Below are positions 50,316 to 59,664 of a stretch of 64,000 nt of DNA, piece by piece (the stretch's first letter is position 1; every line of letters begins with the position of its first letter). The stretch lies in the IMG/VR virus record IMGVR_UViG_3300042891_000711, positions 62,001 to 126,000 of that record. One strand, given 5' to 3'. The position numbers and the translations under genes were made by a program. The notes below the pieces were generated by a model. It was given only the letters and a program-made list of their open reading frames with translations. It made no database searches and was not told where the DNA came from.

Positions 50316-50989
50316 AGTCAAATGAATTTTTATCAGAATCTGAAAAGCAAAAAGGTGTTGACGGTAAAGCCTGCTGGGATGGTTATAAGCGCATGGGCAC
50401 TAAGAAGAAAGGTGGCAAGACTGTTGACAACTGTGTTAAGATGGAAGAATCCATTGATGAGTACGATGACGAAGCCGGCATGGTTGACAGTAATTTAGAA
50501 ACAATTAAACGTGCTGCTGAAGAATTAGATCAAGTGTTAGGCCAAGATGACAACATGGCTGAATGGGCACAGGAAAAACTAGCAGTAGTTAAGAGCATGT
50601 TAGTTGCTGTTAAAGACTATGTAGTTAGTCAAAAATCTACAGGCATCGATCCACAAATAGACGAAGAACTAGAAGAAACATACCACGGTGATGAGTTCTT
50701 CGAAGCCTACGGCGAAATGTGGTTTAACGAAGATGAACAATTAGACGAAGCTGAATATCACGGACGTAAAGTTCCCCTAGGTAAACCAATGCAGGGTGAT
50801 GTTAAGAAGTTTAAAGTATATGTTAAAGATCCTAGCACAGGTAACATCAAAAAAGTAAACTTTGGTGATCCTAATATGCGTATTAAGAAGTCAAACCCTG
50901 CGAGACGTAAATCATTTAGAGCACGTCACAACTGTGCAAACCCGGGTCCACGCACTAAAGCACGTTACTGGTCATGCCGCAAGTGGTAA
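50312..50989 (+). CDS. modular basic internal head-like protein
   Basis: MKSNEFLSE leader; ACWDGYK...DNCVK; RKSFRARHNC...YWSCRKW. Confidence 0.72.
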   Translation: MKSNEFLSESEKQKGVDGKACWDGYKRMGTKKKGGKTVDNCVKMEESIDEYDDEAGMVDSNLETIKRAAEELDQVLGQDDNMAEWAQEKLAVVKSMLVAVKDYVVSQKSTGIDPQIDEELEETYHGDEFFEAYGEMWFNEDEQLDEAEYHGRKVPLGKPMQGDVKKFKVYVKDPSTGNIKKVNFGDPNMRIKKSNPARRKSFRARHNCANPGPRTKARYWSCRKW

Positions 50990-50990
50990 T

Positions 50991-51410
50991 ATGACCAACT
51001 GGGAAACTTACGTTAAAGAATCCTATGAGCTTATTAAAGAAGCTGAAACTGCACTATCAATCACATTAGAACACAATGTTGAAGCATACGTTGTACACTT
51101 GTTCGCACACTTCCTAGACAAACCCAATGTCAATACAGAACCTGTGGGCATTAAACTAATGGCCAGTACCAATCTACCCGTAGCACAACGTAAGATATTA
51201 CTCAAAGATGTAGGCGATGAATGCTTGTTAATCAATGCTATGGAATGGAACCGACGTCGTTGGCCTACTGATACCTACTATGCTGAAATGGGGCAATCTG
51301 CTTATGTTACACGTGCTGTTGTGGCTAGGCCTGTAGAAGATATCTACGACGATTTGGCTATGGAATTTACTACAGTTACACAGGTTCTACGTAGATGTAG
51401 AATTAGTTAA
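50991..51410 (+). CDS. hypothetical protein
   Basis: ATG 50991 (MTNWETY); EAYVVHL...LKDVGDECLL...MGQSAY. Confidence 0.7.
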   Translation: MTNWETYVKESYELIKEAETALSITLEHNVEAYVVHLFAHFLDKPNVNTEPVGIKLMASTNLPVAQRKILLKDVGDECLLINAMEWNRRRWPTDTYYAEMGQSAYVTRAVVARPVEDIYDDLAMEFTTVTQVLRRCRIS

Positions 51411-52139
51411 TTTCATTAATTTCATTGCTATTAACACCCTGCAATACAACCAACTAGTATCAATTTCCCACCAATACCGATTGAAGTACGGAGTAGTTGT
51501 ATCATTATGATGATGCGCATGCAATACTTCACCGCCGCCGAATATACCCGGAAAAAATATTTTTGATTTATCCTTGCCACTATTGCCTGCATAGGTAAAC
51601 CCAATTTTATGATAGCCATAGTTTGATAATATTACAGCACAGGGATTAAAGACATAAAGAAAAAATGCGCCTATTACTGCACCAGGCACGCCAAATAATA
51701 TAGTCAGCACAGCCCACAATATAATTGTTCCCAATCTTGGATATTTACTATATAGATTAAGTTCAATCCAATCAATGGCAGTTATGATATCTGGTGCATA
51801 TAATTTCATTTCCTCGTCGCTGATATAATAAGGACGGCCTAGTTCATTGTGTTTATAGTCAAGCATCTGCGTAAATGTTAATTGATAAGGACTATGTGGG
51901 TCTAGCTCAGTATCACTATACTTGTGATGTTTTCTGTGTTGGGCGGCATAGTGTTGCATCCAATTGGGCCAAGAATACTGCATGGTAATCCATACCCAAA
52001 ATCTAAAAAAATGTTCTAGTCCAGGTGCAAAGCTAAAATAATGATGGCCTTTACCTCGATGTATGTAGATGGAAAATACCACAAATGTTACATGCATTAT
52101 TATTAAAAATGTAATTATAGCTGCGGTTAACCCAAACAT
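51387..52139 (-). CDS. membrane fatty acid desaturase-like protein 5 (delta-9-like)
   Basis: HRGKGH, HRKHH, DPHSP, GEVLHAHHH, WWEID. Confidence 0.9.
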   Translation of the reverse strand: MFGLTAAIITFLIIMHVTFVVFSIYIHRGKGHHYFSFAPGLEHFFRFWVWITMQYSWPNWMQHYAAQHRKHHKYSDTELDPHSPYQLTFTQMLDYKHNELGRPYYISDEEMKLYAPDIITAIDWIELNLYSKYPRLGTIILWAVLTILFGVPGAVIGAFFLYVFNPCAVILSNYGYHKIGFTYAGNSGKDKSKIFFPGIFGGGEVLHAHHHNDTTTPYFNRYWWEIDTSWLYCRVLIAMKLMKLTNSTST

Positions 52140-52201
52140 TGTGCGCCTCTTTGTATTATCATACTTATATATCAGCGTCGGTAATAATAAATTTTATAGT
52201 G

Positions 52202-52230
52202 TTGACATGGAGATGTAAATAGTATATAAT
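52202..52230 (+). promoter_or_regulatory. sigma70 promoter with nested TAAATA
   Basis: TTGACA-17 bp-TATAAT; TAAATA at 52216. Confidence 0.88.
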
Positions 52231-52256
52231 ATATTTTTAACTAAAGGAATGACATC

Positions 52257-52514
52257 ATGGCATTAATGTTTTCAGCTGAACAAAAGGCAAAACTTATTCA
52301 AATTGTTAACGAAGGCGTACAAGTACTACAAGAAGTAGAAGATTTAAGTGCCGGCCTTAGTGATACTATCAAAGCAGTAGCAGAAGAATTAGAAATTAAA
52401 CCTGGCCTACTTAAAAAAGCAATTAAGATTGCACAAAAAAGTAAATTCGGCGAGACAAACGAAGATCACGAAACTGTTACTGATATTTTAGAAACAGTTG
52501 GCCGCACACTTTGA
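52257..52514 (+). CDS. small dsDNA-binding protein (T4 DsbA/GapR-like)
   Basis: Helical ...DTIKAVAEELEIKPGLLKKAIKIA; upstream of polymerase. Confidence 0.55.
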   Translation: MALMFSAEQKAKLIQIVNEGVQVLQEVEDLSAGLSDTIKAVAEELEIKPGLLKKAIKIAQKSKFGETNEDHETVTDILETVGRTL

Positions 52515-52801
52515 TTGATTGGCACAAGACTGCGGAATTCATTCGTCGAGATTGGCACAGTCATCCAATACGACTAATATTAGAAACAGTCAACTGGGCA
52601 TTGAATTTTGTAATAGCTATGTTGTTTACACTAACAGTGCCCGATGTGCCATTACTGGTAATTTATCCATTGTTTTTCACAGCATTGGGTATCAGTATGT
52701 ATTCTGCAGCTAGTCGAGGCAGTTTTGGTTTATTAATGACCAGCGTAACTATATTTTTAATCGATTTAGTAGGCTATTACCGGCTATTAATGTTACAATA
52801 A
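52511..52801 (+). CDS. small membrane protein
   Basis: Three hydrophobic segments. Confidence 0.65.
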   Translation: MIDWHKTAEFIRRDWHSHPIRLILETVNWALNFVIAMLFTLTVPDVPLLVIYPLFFTALGISMYSAASRGSFGLLMTSVTIFLIDLVGYYRLLMLQ

Positions 52802-52862
52802 AAGAGTCGTACACTTTACGTACAAGCACAAGGTTAACCGGCCACAAGCGGTAGGAGAGTAA
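52801..52862 (+). promoter_or_regulatory. structured 5' leader of the DNA polymerase gene
   Basis: GTAC/GTAC hairpin; ACCG/CGGT stem abutting AGGAG RBS. Confidence 0.5.
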
Positions 52863-55526
52863 ATGAGTTATGTTGACGCACTGTTTGACAGGGCAAAAGA
52901 TCGTATCTACGTTGTAGAAAGAAAAGAAGGCATGCGCGAGTATGTCGAATACCCAGCAAATTATGTCATGTACATTGATGACCCTAAGGGTAAGTATCGC
53001 ACAGTATATGACACTCCAGTAAGTCGTTTCAGCACACGTGTTGGCAAGGAATTCCACAAAGAAACACGTATTCAATCGGGCAAGCGTATATGGGAAAGTG
53101 ATATCAATCCTGTGTTCCGTTGTTTATCAGATAACTATCTTGGTATTGATTCACCTAAACTACAAACTGCGTTTTGGGATATTGAAACAGACTTTGACCC
53201 AGCACGTGGGTATGCTCCTACCAGCGATCCGTTTAATCCTATTACAGCTATATCAGTTTACTTAGATTGGCTAGACAAGTTAGTTACCTTAGTTATTCCG
53301 CCCAAGAGCTATAGTTGGGAAACTGCACAGGAAATATGTGACCAGTATGAAAACTGTTTTATGTTTGAACGTGAAGCAGACATGTTGGATACATTCCTTA
53401 ATCTAATTGATGATGCAGATGTCTTAAGTGGCTGGAACAGTGAGGGCTATGATATTCCATATACTATTGGGCGTGTTACACGTGTGTTAAGCAAAGATGA
53501 CACTAGACGCTTTTGTCTATGGGGTCAGTATCCAAAACAGCGTGAATTTGAACGTTTTGGTGCCGCAAACATCACTTTTGACCTCATTGGCAGGGTTCAT
53601 TTAGACTACATGCAGTTGTACCGCAAATACACCTATGAAGAGCGACATAGTTATAGTTTAGATGCTATTGGTGAATATGAATTAGATGAGCGTAAGGTTG
53701 CCTATGAAGGTACATTGGATCAACTGTACAACAAAGACTTTCCTAAGTTCATTGACTATAACCGTCAGGATACTATGTTGCTAGGAAAACTAGATAAGAA
53801 GTTACGCTTCTTAGACTTAGCCAATGAACTTGCGCATGATAACACAGTGTTGCTACAGACTACAATGGGTGCTGTAGCAGTTACAGAGCAGGCTATCATC
53901 AATGAAGCACATCAACAAGGGTTAATTGTTCCTAATCGTAAGAATAGAGATGACATGGGCGATACACAAGCGGCAGGTGCTTATGTAGCCACTCCAAAAG
54001 CAGGCATGCATGATTGGATTGGTTCGGTTGATATTAACTCCCTGTATCCTAGTGCAATTCGTGCGCTTAACATGGGACCAGAAACTATTATTGGACAGAT
54101 ACGTCCAATTATGACAGACCATTATATCAATGAAAAGATGGCCAATAAGTCAAGTTTTGCAGATGCTTGGGAGGGCTTGTTCGCTACCCTAGAGTATACT
54201 GCGGTTATGGAAAGTAAACCCGGTGTTGAACTTACAATCGATTGGGAGGCTTCGGGAGAAAGTACTGTACACAGTGCGGCAGAAGTATGGACACTAATCT
54301 TCGATAGCAATCAACCATGGATACTCAGTGCTAATGGTACCATCTTTAGCTTTGAGAAAGAAGCAGTTGTTCCGGGTTTGCTAAAACGTTGGTATGCCGA
54401 ACGTAAAGAACTACAGGCTAAGATGCGTTCATGTACAGATCCAGAAGAGATTGCGTTCTGGGATAAGCGTCAGTTAGTTAAGAAGATTAACTTGAATAGC
54501 TTGTATGGTGCCTTATTGAATCCGGGCTGTCGTTTCTTTGATAAGCGTATTGGACAATCAACTACACTAACTGGTCGTACTATTGCTCGACACATGGATG
54601 CGTTTATTAATGAATGCTTCACTGGTGTATATGATCACACTGGTGATGCTATTATCTATGGTGATACAGACTCATGTTATTTTAGTGCTTGGCCTATGAT
54701 CAAAGATGAAGTTGAAGCTGGTAACATGGAGTGGAATGCCAGTATTGCTATTAAGCTGTATGACGATATTTCGGACCAGGTCAATGAAAGTTTTCCCGCA
54801 ATGATGGAACGTAGCTTTCACGTGCCACGCAGTATGGGCAGTGTGATCAAAGGCGGGCGTGAACTGGTTGCAAGTAAAGGCTTATTCATTAAGAAGAAAC
54901 GCTATGCTGTGCTGATTACAGACTTAGATGGCAAACGCATGGATACCCACGGCAAGCCTGGCAAGGTTAAGGCTATGGGCCTAGACTTGAAACGCAGTGA
55001 TACTCCAAAAGTAGTGCAGGATTTCTTAAGTGAGATTTTACTAGCGGCACTTACTGGTGTAGACAAAACTGCTATTATTGACATGGTGCGCGAGTTTAAG
55101 ATTGCGTTCCAAGATAGACCTGCTTGGGAGAAAGGTACACCCAAACGTGTAAACAATCTAACCAAGTTTACCAAAGCAGAAGAACGTGAAGGTCGTGCCA
55201 ATATGCCCGGACATGTACGTGCGGCTATGAACTGGAATAACCTAAAACGCATGCACGGTGATAACTATTCAATTAACATTGTCGATGGTATGAAAACTAT
55301 TGTGTGTAAGTTAAAAGATAATCCAATTGGATTTACCAGTGTGGGCTATCCAACAGATGGCACTCATATTCCGCAATGGTTCAAAGACTTACCTTTCGAC
55401 AATGACCTAATGGAGTCGACAATTGTTGATCAAAAAGTAGAAAACTTACTCGGTGTGCTTAAATGGAACATTACAGAAAGCACAGACATTAAAACTACAT
55501 TTGATGCATTGTTTAGTTTTGATTAA
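52863..55526 (+). CDS. family B DNA polymerase
   Basis: Exo DIET, GWNSEGYD; pol DINSLYPS, KINLNSLYG, YGDTDS, KKRY. Confidence 0.97.
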   Translation: MSYVDALFDRAKDRIYVVERKEGMREYVEYPANYVMYIDDPKGKYRTVYDTPVSRFSTRVGKEFHKETRIQSGKRIWESDINPVFRCLSDNYLGIDSPKLQTAFWDIETDFDPARGYAPTSDPFNPITAISVYLDWLDKLVTLVIPPKSYSWETAQEICDQYENCFMFEREADMLDTFLNLIDDADVLSGWNSEGYDIPYTIGRVTRVLSKDDTRRFCLWGQYPKQREFERFGAANITFDLIGRVHLDYMQLYRKYTYEERHSYSLDAIGEYELDERKVAYEGTLDQLYNKDFPKFIDYNRQDTMLLGKLDKKLRFLDLANELAHDNTVLLQTTMGAVAVTEQAIINEAHQQGLIVPNRKNRDDMGDTQAAGAYVATPKAGMHDWIGSVDINSLYPSAIRALNMGPETIIGQIRPIMTDHYINEKMANKSSFADAWEGLFATLEYTAVMESKPGVELTIDWEASGESTVHSAAEVWTLIFDSNQPWILSANGTIFSFEKEAVVPGLLKRWYAERKELQAKMRSCTDPEEIAFWDKRQLVKKINLNSLYGALLNPGCRFFDKRIGQSTTLTGRTIARHMDAFINECFTGVYDHTGDAIIYGDTDSCYFSAWPMIKDEVEAGNMEWNASIAIKLYDDISDQVNESFPAMMERSFHVPRSMGSVIKGGRELVASKGLFIKKKRYAVLITDLDGKRMDTHGKPGKVKAMGLDLKRSDTPKVVQDFLSEILLAALTGVDKTAIIDMVREFKIAFQDRPAWEKGTPKRVNNLTKFTKAEEREGRANMPGHVRAAMNWNNLKRMHGDNYSINIVDGMKTIVCKLKDNPIGFTSVGYPTDGTHIPQWFKDLPFDNDLMESTIVDQKVENLLGVLKWNITESTDIKTTFDALFSFD

Positions 55527-56665
55527 TGAATGATGTTCAGAAAAAATTAGATGAACTGATCTCACTACGAGAACAATTAGTTCATCTAACTAACAATTTT
55601 GAATTGGCAGGTATAAAAAATATCAGCGGTACATCCAATTATGTTAGTAAGGTGCAGGTTATTGCTGAACAATATCAAGATCGTCAGCTGGAAAATAAAA
55701 CAAATTTTAATAATGCAACTAATAAAGTTCGAAATAAGATTAAAGAAAGCCAACGATTGGCTAGAGAAAGTCAGTTGGCGGCTAGAGAAAGTCAACGTTT
55801 AGCTAACGAAAATATTAAAAATTTTAATAAATTAAATTTAGCTGGTACTAAACAATGTGTTAGTTCTATAGAAAGCCTAATAGGTACAATTGACGTAGAT
55901 ATTATTAACACAACTAAAGAGTTAACTAGACTAAAAACTTTAGATAAAATATATAATCAATGTAATACAGATGAATATTTAAAACATTTTTTAATAGAAT
56001 ATTTGAATAGTGACATTGTAGAAACTGTTGATGATGCACTATCAATAACTACATTTAAAATTAAATCACACTGCGATTGGAAATACCCAGGATTGCAGTT
56101 GCATCCTATGTCAGAAGAATGGATTAATTGTATGATAACAGCCGATCCATTGTATCTTACCTATCACACCGATATATCTATATATAATAAAAATTTATCA
56201 GCATTACCTGAAATTCCCGTTGCAGAATCAATTTCGACATTTACAATTGATTATCAACGACGATTAAGAATATACAACATAAAGAATCAAGATTTTTCTG
56301 CACTACCACAAGAATCATTTGGCTGTATTTCATGTTGTAATTTTTTAAATCAGTTTACTTTAGCAGATATCGAACATTATCTACGTAGGTGTTTTGAATT
56401 ATTGAAGCCGGGTGGTACTTTAATATGTACACTTAATTTTAATTATGTAATGGCGTCTGTCAACTTGGTTGAGTATGACTATTTTAAATATGCAGTTGAT
56501 AGAGTAATAGTTAAGTTTTTTGAAAATAATAGATATAAAATTATATCAACTGTTGATTTATCTGCAGGTGAATGGTCATCTGCAATATTAATAGAAGCAC
56601 AAAAACCCGGAGAATTAACTACCTCTAAGGCGCATCAGGTATTGGGTTCAATAATTGAAAAATAA
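55526..56665 (+). CDS. coiled-coil plus methyltransferase-like protein
   Basis: C-terminal LPQESFGCI...LLKPGGTLI; N-terminal coiled coil. Confidence 0.6.
   Translation: MNDVQKKLDELISLREQLVHLTNNFELAGIKNISGTSNYVSKVQVIAEQYQDRQLENKTNFNNATNKVRNKIKESQRLARESQLAARESQRLANENIKNFNKLNLAGTKQCVSSIESLIGTIDVDIINTTKELTRLKTLDKIYNQCNTDEYLKHFLIEYLNSDIVETVDDALSITTFKIKSHCDWKYPGLQLHPMSEEWINCMITADPLYLTYHTDISIYNKNLSALPEIPVAESISTFTIDYQRRLRIYNIKNQDFSALPQESFGCISCCNFLNQFTLADIEHYLRRCFELLKPGGTLICTLNFNYVMASVNLVEYDYFKYAVDRVIVKFFENNRYKIISTVDLSAGEWSSAILIEAQKPGELTTSKAHQVLGSIIEK
55745..55807 (+). repeat. 3 x 21-bp imperfect tandem repeat
   Basis: Encodes ESQRLAR-ESQLAAR-ESQRLAN. Confidence 0.85.
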
Positions 56666-56679
56666 TTTTACCATATCTC

Positions 56680-56708
56680 TTGCATTTTCTAAATACATCA
56701 TATACAAT
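56680..56708 (+). promoter_or_regulatory. sigma70-like promoter with nested TAAATA
   Basis: TTGCAT-17 bp-TACAAT; TAAATA at 56690. Confidence 0.65.
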
Positions 56709-56737
56709 ACATTATAACACTTTATTAGGAGAACTAC

Positions 56738-57469
56738 ATGCGTGATCATTTATTAGACATCGTTAAAAATACTTATGGCTTAGGTATTATTGATTTAGTT
56801 AAGGTAACAGGTACAGACACAGAAACAAATATAGAAGCAATTGCTGAAGATCGGTCAGTTATTGTGCAGGCAAAAATTAACAACCCGGTGCCAGAGTTTG
56901 TTGGTACGTTTGGTATGCCAAATTTAAGCAAACTAAGCACTATTCTTAACATTCCAGAATACAAAGACGATGCTAAGATTAGCTTAACTAAACAAGATCG
57001 CAACGGTGAATCAGTTCCAGTGGGCCTACACTTTGAAAACAAAGCAGGTGACTTTAAAAACGATTATCGTTTTATGAGTTCAGAAATTGTTAACGACAAA
57101 CTTAAAACAGTTAAGTTCAAAGGTGTTAGATGGAATGTTGAATTTCAACCAACCGTTGCTAACATTCTACGTTTGAAATTCCAAGCAAGTGCCAACAGTG
57201 ACGAAACTACGTTTACTGCAAAAACAGAAGGTACAGACTTAAAATTGTTCTTTGGTGATCACAGTAGCCACGCAGGTAACTTTGTATTCCAAAGCGATGT
57301 TGCTGGTACATTAACTAAAGGTTGGTCATGGCCAGTTGCGGCAGTTATTAGTATTCTTAACTTGCCAGGTGATAAAACATTCCGTATCAGTGATGAAGGC
57401 GCGGCGCAGATTACTGTTGACAGCGGTATGGCAACTTACAACTACATCTTACCTGCACAAAGCAAATAA
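56738..57469 (+). CDS. probable sliding clamp (gp45/PCNA-like)
   Basis: 243 aa, near PolB, alternating beta/alpha pattern, C-terminal YNYILPA; clamp loader present. Confidence 0.6.
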   Translation: MRDHLLDIVKNTYGLGIIDLVKVTGTDTETNIEAIAEDRSVIVQAKINNPVPEFVGTFGMPNLSKLSTILNIPEYKDDAKISLTKQDRNGESVPVGLHFENKAGDFKNDYRFMSSEIVNDKLKTVKFKGVRWNVEFQPTVANILRLKFQASANSDETTFTAKTEGTDLKLFFGDHSSHAGNFVFQSDVAGTLTKGWSWPVAAVISILNLPGDKTFRISDEGAAQITVDSGMATYNYILPAQSK

Positions 57470-57811
57470 ATGATTAAAAACTTAGATATTACTAGTCCGC
57501 ATTTAACTGGCAACTTCATCAGTACTCCCTACGTTAACAACAATGGACAGAGTGCTGGTAGTGTGCGCTGGAATATGATGACACAACAAATGGAAGTGTC
57601 AGACGGTAATAACTGGATTAACATTAGTCAAAATGCTAGTATCGGCTTAAGCTGGACTGCCAACGAAGCTATACAATGGGTACAGGAAAAGATGAAGGAA
57701 GAGTCTGCGCTTAAAGCTAAGTTGGAGAAATACCCATCACTTAAACATGCATACGAGCAATACAAAATAATAGAAGCATTGGTACATGAGGAAGAAACAA
57801 GTGGCACATGA
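57470..57811 (+). CDS. hypothetical protein
   Basis: ORF in operon. Confidence 0.7.
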   Translation: MIKNLDITSPHLTGNFISTPYVNNNGQSAGSVRWNMMTQQMEVSDGNNWINISQNASIGLSWTANEAIQWVQEKMKEESALKAKLEKYPSLKHAYEQYKIIEALVHEEETSGT

Positions 57812-59474
57812 AATAGATAATTTAACCGCAAAACAACTAGACTATGCAGTGTTCTTACCAGCACTTAGTGGTTTCTATGCTACATACGTAGGCAAACAAC
57901 GTTTTCCAGATCCTGTAAAAGGTTTGTATGTTGATTCTACTCGTATGCCGACAGACTTTGAAAATGGTATGGAAGGTCTTAACTGGCTTAATCCAGATGC
58001 GGCATACTTTCCTTATCAATGGAGTCTATATTCAGCAGGGCATGCTGAGTTAGATGTTAATAAGTTTAGTCCTAAAGAAGATATGGTTCGTAATCGTGAT
58101 AGATCACGTAGTTTTATCCTAGGTGACTCTGGTGGTTTCCAAATTGGTAAAGGTGTTTGGGAAGGTGATTGGAAGAATCCTAACTGTCCTAAAGCACAAA
58201 AGAAACGTGAGCTAGTTCTTACTTGGATGGACGCCTACATGGACTATGGTATGTGTTTGGATATTCCAGCTTGGGTAGCTCGTAGTCCGAATGGTCGAAA
58301 AGCAACTGGTATTAATACATACGAAGAAGCTGTACAGGGCACTTATATTAATAACGATTGGTTTATTAACAATCGTAATGGTAACTGTAAGTTCTTAAAC
58401 GTATTACAGGGTGAGAATCACGCAGACGCAGACGATTGGTATGATCGTATGAAGAAGTATTGTGATCCTAAACAGTATCCGGGTCGTCATTTTAATGGCT
58501 GGGCCATGGGTGGGCAGAACATGTGTGATGTACACTTGGTATTGCGCAGACTTGTTGCCTTACGTTTTGATGGCCTATTAGAAGAAGGTCTACATGATTG
58601 GATGCACTTCTTGGGTACAAGTAAACTAGAGTGGGCATGCTTATTGACTGACATCCAACGTGCTGTGCGTAAGTATCATAATCCTAACTTTACAATCAGC
58701 TTTGACTGTGCAAGTCCATTCCTTGCTAGTGCAAACGGGCAAATTTATACCCAGACTGAAGTTGAAGATGGTAAGAAATGGGTATATCGTATGGTACCTA
58801 GTGTAGACAATAAGAAGTATGCATTAGATACACGTAGTTTCCGTGATGCTGTATTACAAGATGGTAAATTTAAATCTTTTACAGAAAGTCCTGTTAGCGC
58901 ACGTATTAAAATTAATGATGTTTGTGTATATCACGATGGTGTACGCAAAACTGCTGCAGAATTGAACGGTGAGACATTTGATGTAACTAATCAAGATCAT
59001 TATAGCACGCCGCCTGCACTTAATAAGATTAACAAGGTTGGTAAGACTAGTTGGGATAGCTTTGCCTATGCCATACAAATGGGTCATAATGTTTGGAGTC
59101 ATTTAACTAGTGTGCAAGAAGCAAATAGACAATATGACCAAGGTATTCGTCCAGCGATGCTGTCAGCTATTACTGCTGATAAAAAATCACACAGAGCATA
59201 TGATTTAATTTACTTTAGAGATATCGTTGATGCTATATTTGCTATTGATAATAGAGCAGATGCAGAAGCAATGGTAGAACATTATAATCAATATTGGATG
59301 AATATCCCAGGTTCGCGTGGTGCAGTTGGTAAGAAGACTATGAATACCAGTACTACATTTGGTAATTTATTTGAAGAAGTAGCGGCGCCCGAAGTTGAAG
59401 AAGAACATCATATAGATGATAGCGGACTCGACGAAACAAATCTTAATAACTTAGAAGCAGGATTGGAGGACTAG
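57801..59474 (+). CDS. TGT/DpdA-like guanine transglycosylase
   Basis: LGDSGGFQI, MCLDIP, NVLQG, GWAMGG, HFLGT, SFDCASP; GTG start after GAGGA. Confidence 0.8.
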   Translation: MAHEIDNLTAKQLDYAVFLPALSGFYATYVGKQRFPDPVKGLYVDSTRMPTDFENGMEGLNWLNPDAAYFPYQWSLYSAGHAELDVNKFSPKEDMVRNRDRSRSFILGDSGGFQIGKGVWEGDWKNPNCPKAQKKRELVLTWMDAYMDYGMCLDIPAWVARSPNGRKATGINTYEEAVQGTYINNDWFINNRNGNCKFLNVLQGENHADADDWYDRMKKYCDPKQYPGRHFNGWAMGGQNMCDVHLVLRRLVALRFDGLLEEGLHDWMHFLGTSKLEWACLLTDIQRAVRKYHNPNFTISFDCASPFLASANGQIYTQTEVEDGKKWVYRMVPSVDNKKYALDTRSFRDAVLQDGKFKSFTESPVSARIKINDVCVYHDGVRKTAAELNGETFDVTNQDHYSTPPALNKINKVGKTSWDSFAYAIQMGHNVWSHLTSVQEANRQYDQGIRPAMLSAITADKKSHRAYDLIYFRDIVDAIFAIDNRADAEAMVEHYNQYWMNIPGSRGAVGKKTMNTSTTFGNLFEEVAAPEVEEEHHIDDSGLDETNLNNLEAGLED

Positions 59475-59475
59475 C

Positions 59476-59664
59476 ATGGACGCAGACAAATTACCTCATC
59501 ATATTGCACAGTTAGAAGAAAAACACCGTGTAATCAAACAACAAATTGCTGAAGGGTACACTCATTATTTAGATGATGCACATCTAGGCAAAATGAAGTT
59601 AGAAAAATTAATAATCAAACGTCAAATCGTAGAAGCAAAAACAAAACTTAAGGCACAACAATGA
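59476..59664 (+). CDS. small coiled-coil protein (DUF465/YdcH-like)
   Basis: LEEKHRVI...KLEKLIIKRQI; GGAGG RBS. Confidence 0.6.
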   Translation: MDADKLPHHIAQLEEKHRVIKQQIAEGYTHYLDDAHLGKMKLEKLIIKRQIVEAKTKLKAQQ

